Positions 62,226-64,000 of a DNA stretch of 64,000 nucleotides are shown in pieces. The position numbers and the translations under genes were made by a program. The notes beneath the pieces are model-generated. The model was given only the letters and a program-made list of their open reading frames with translations, did no database searches and had not been told where the DNA came from. The DNA is from Octopus vulgaris (lineage: Eukaryota): NCBI GenBank assembly GCA_951406725.2, contig OX597837.1, positions 42,222,001 through 42,286,000 of the forward strand, given 5' to 3'. The number at the start of each line of letters is the position of its first letter. Within the stretch, counting starts at the first letter, position 1.

Positions 62226-64000
62226 AATAAATCGAATACCGACTCTCTTTCTCATTTTAAAGTCTGGTCCTTATTCTATTGACCTCTTTTTGCTGAACCA
62301 CTAAGTTATGGGGATGTTAACAAACACTGGTTCTCAATCAATGGAGTACACACACACAGTTTCTGTGTACAAAATCCATTCAAAAGGCCCTGGTCAGCCC
62401 AGAGCTATAGTAAAAGACAGGTGCTGCGCAGTGGGACTGAAACCAAGACCACATGGTTGAGAAGCAAGCTTCCTGACCACACAGCCAAAATACTTTATAT
62501 TGGTTACAGACACCACAACAAGTTAAAAATCCCTCCAATGTCAACTTCACTTTTCATTCTTCCAAGGGCAACAAAATAAGTACCAGTTATGTCTAGGGTT
62601 GACATAAAATGACCGAACTGTCGTCCAAACATTTGCAATGTTATTTTCTGCAGACATTACCTTCTTTCTTTTAACTTTAACTTATTCCAATCACTGGACT
62701 GCAACCACACAGGGGCTCTGTCTAGAAGGATTTTGTCAAACAAACTGACCCCAGTAGTTATCCTTTTTTTGTTGTTGTTTTTGAACTTTAGTACTTATTC
62801 TTTTGATCTCTTTTGATGAACTGCTAAGTTACAAGGTAGACGTACAAATACTGGTTGCCAAGCAGAGGAAGGACAAATGTAAAGACACACACACACACAC
62901 ACGATAGCCTTTCACAAGCCTCAAGATACCATATTCACTCACAAAGTATTGGTTGGCCGGGGTCTATCCTAAAAACATTTGCCCAAGGTGCTGTGCAGTG
63001 GGACTTGAACCTAAACCCAAATGGCTCCAAAACAATCTTCTTAACCACATAGCCATGTTTGCACTTAAAAATCTTATTTATTGTAACTGGACACTAGAAT
63101 CAGTATGGCTCCCTTATCCTATTTCATTATTTTATTTTCTATCTTTGTGGGGCCTGATAAACTATATATATATATATATATATACACACCAGTCAATTAC
63201 CAGGAGGAAGTCCATTAAATTCTCTACCCTATACCCTCAACAAAATTCCATGGCTTTGTGCCAAAGTTAGAAATCATTATTGCCAATATTATTATTGTTG
63301 TTATTGTTACCGTCATTATTATTATTATTGTTGTTGTTGTTATTTTTATTGTATCTCGCAAAGTTGATATATTAGACTGTTAGTGGCAAAACTACAGTGC
63401 GAAGGAAACGTTGAATACAGCACTGACCTTGTCTTGTACCAGAGCAAAGGCTACTGTTCTTTAAAAATACTGGAAATAATAACTATATTTTCAGCCATTT
63501 TATCATGCAAGATTTCAATGCAAAATCTATTTCTCATGTAATTTTTCCCATTCTTTCTCATCCACTCACACCACCTCTCTCTCTCTCTCTCTCTCTCTAT
63601 GTCTACCCCCTGCAATATCTCTCTCTTTATCATGAGCGCTTTCTTTTACTCCTTTGCACTCCTACTTTCTTACTCTCTATGCTTCTATATTTAATGCCCA
63701 CACACACACACACACACACAGAGTCTTCTACTGTTGCGCTTTCTATGTCTGTTCTGTTGCTGGCCATTCATCTAACAATTAGCCTATATGTGCAATATAC
63801 AATTTGAGTATATTATATGAATAGTTTATATAAATATAAGTTTCGGCATTGAATTAGAAATTTAGAAGTCCAGTCCTGTACGTAGCTTTTTGACATTATC
63901 TCCATTAGGTTTTTAAAGTTTAATTCAATTCTAAATGCCCAAGACCTGAGGCTAATGCATTGTCGTTCAGAGAATTATCAAAGAACTCATTTGAATAGAA

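Overview
AT-rich eukaryotic DNA packed with microsatellites ((TA)n, (CA)n, (TATC)n, (AAT)n, (TACA)n) and interspersed repeats. The repeat families look like those of an octopus (coleoid cephalopod) genome; this is my recognition, not a database result. I can find no intact host protein-coding gene. Nearly all listed ORFs are translations of microsatellites or SINEs, and the few with real protein motifs are decayed LINE (CR1, RTE/BovB), mariner or Helitron remnants. The window reads as a large intron or intergenic stretch, possibly of a minus-strand gene: one SINE family shows a strong orientation bias, there are two frame-preserving microexon candidates, and there is a TE-free UTR-like block near 30.7-32.5 kb. 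It holds at least five SINE modules (labelled A-E here, my labels), piggyBac- and hAT-type MITEs, two Helitron ends, several long perfect hairpins and local tandem arrays. The best candidate for a novel system is at 60.1-60.8 kb: a tRNA-derived Pol III head joined to a minimal type I hammerhead-ribozyme motif, with a Penelope-like inverted terminal arm. Most repeat boundaries are approximate (about 10-20 bp).
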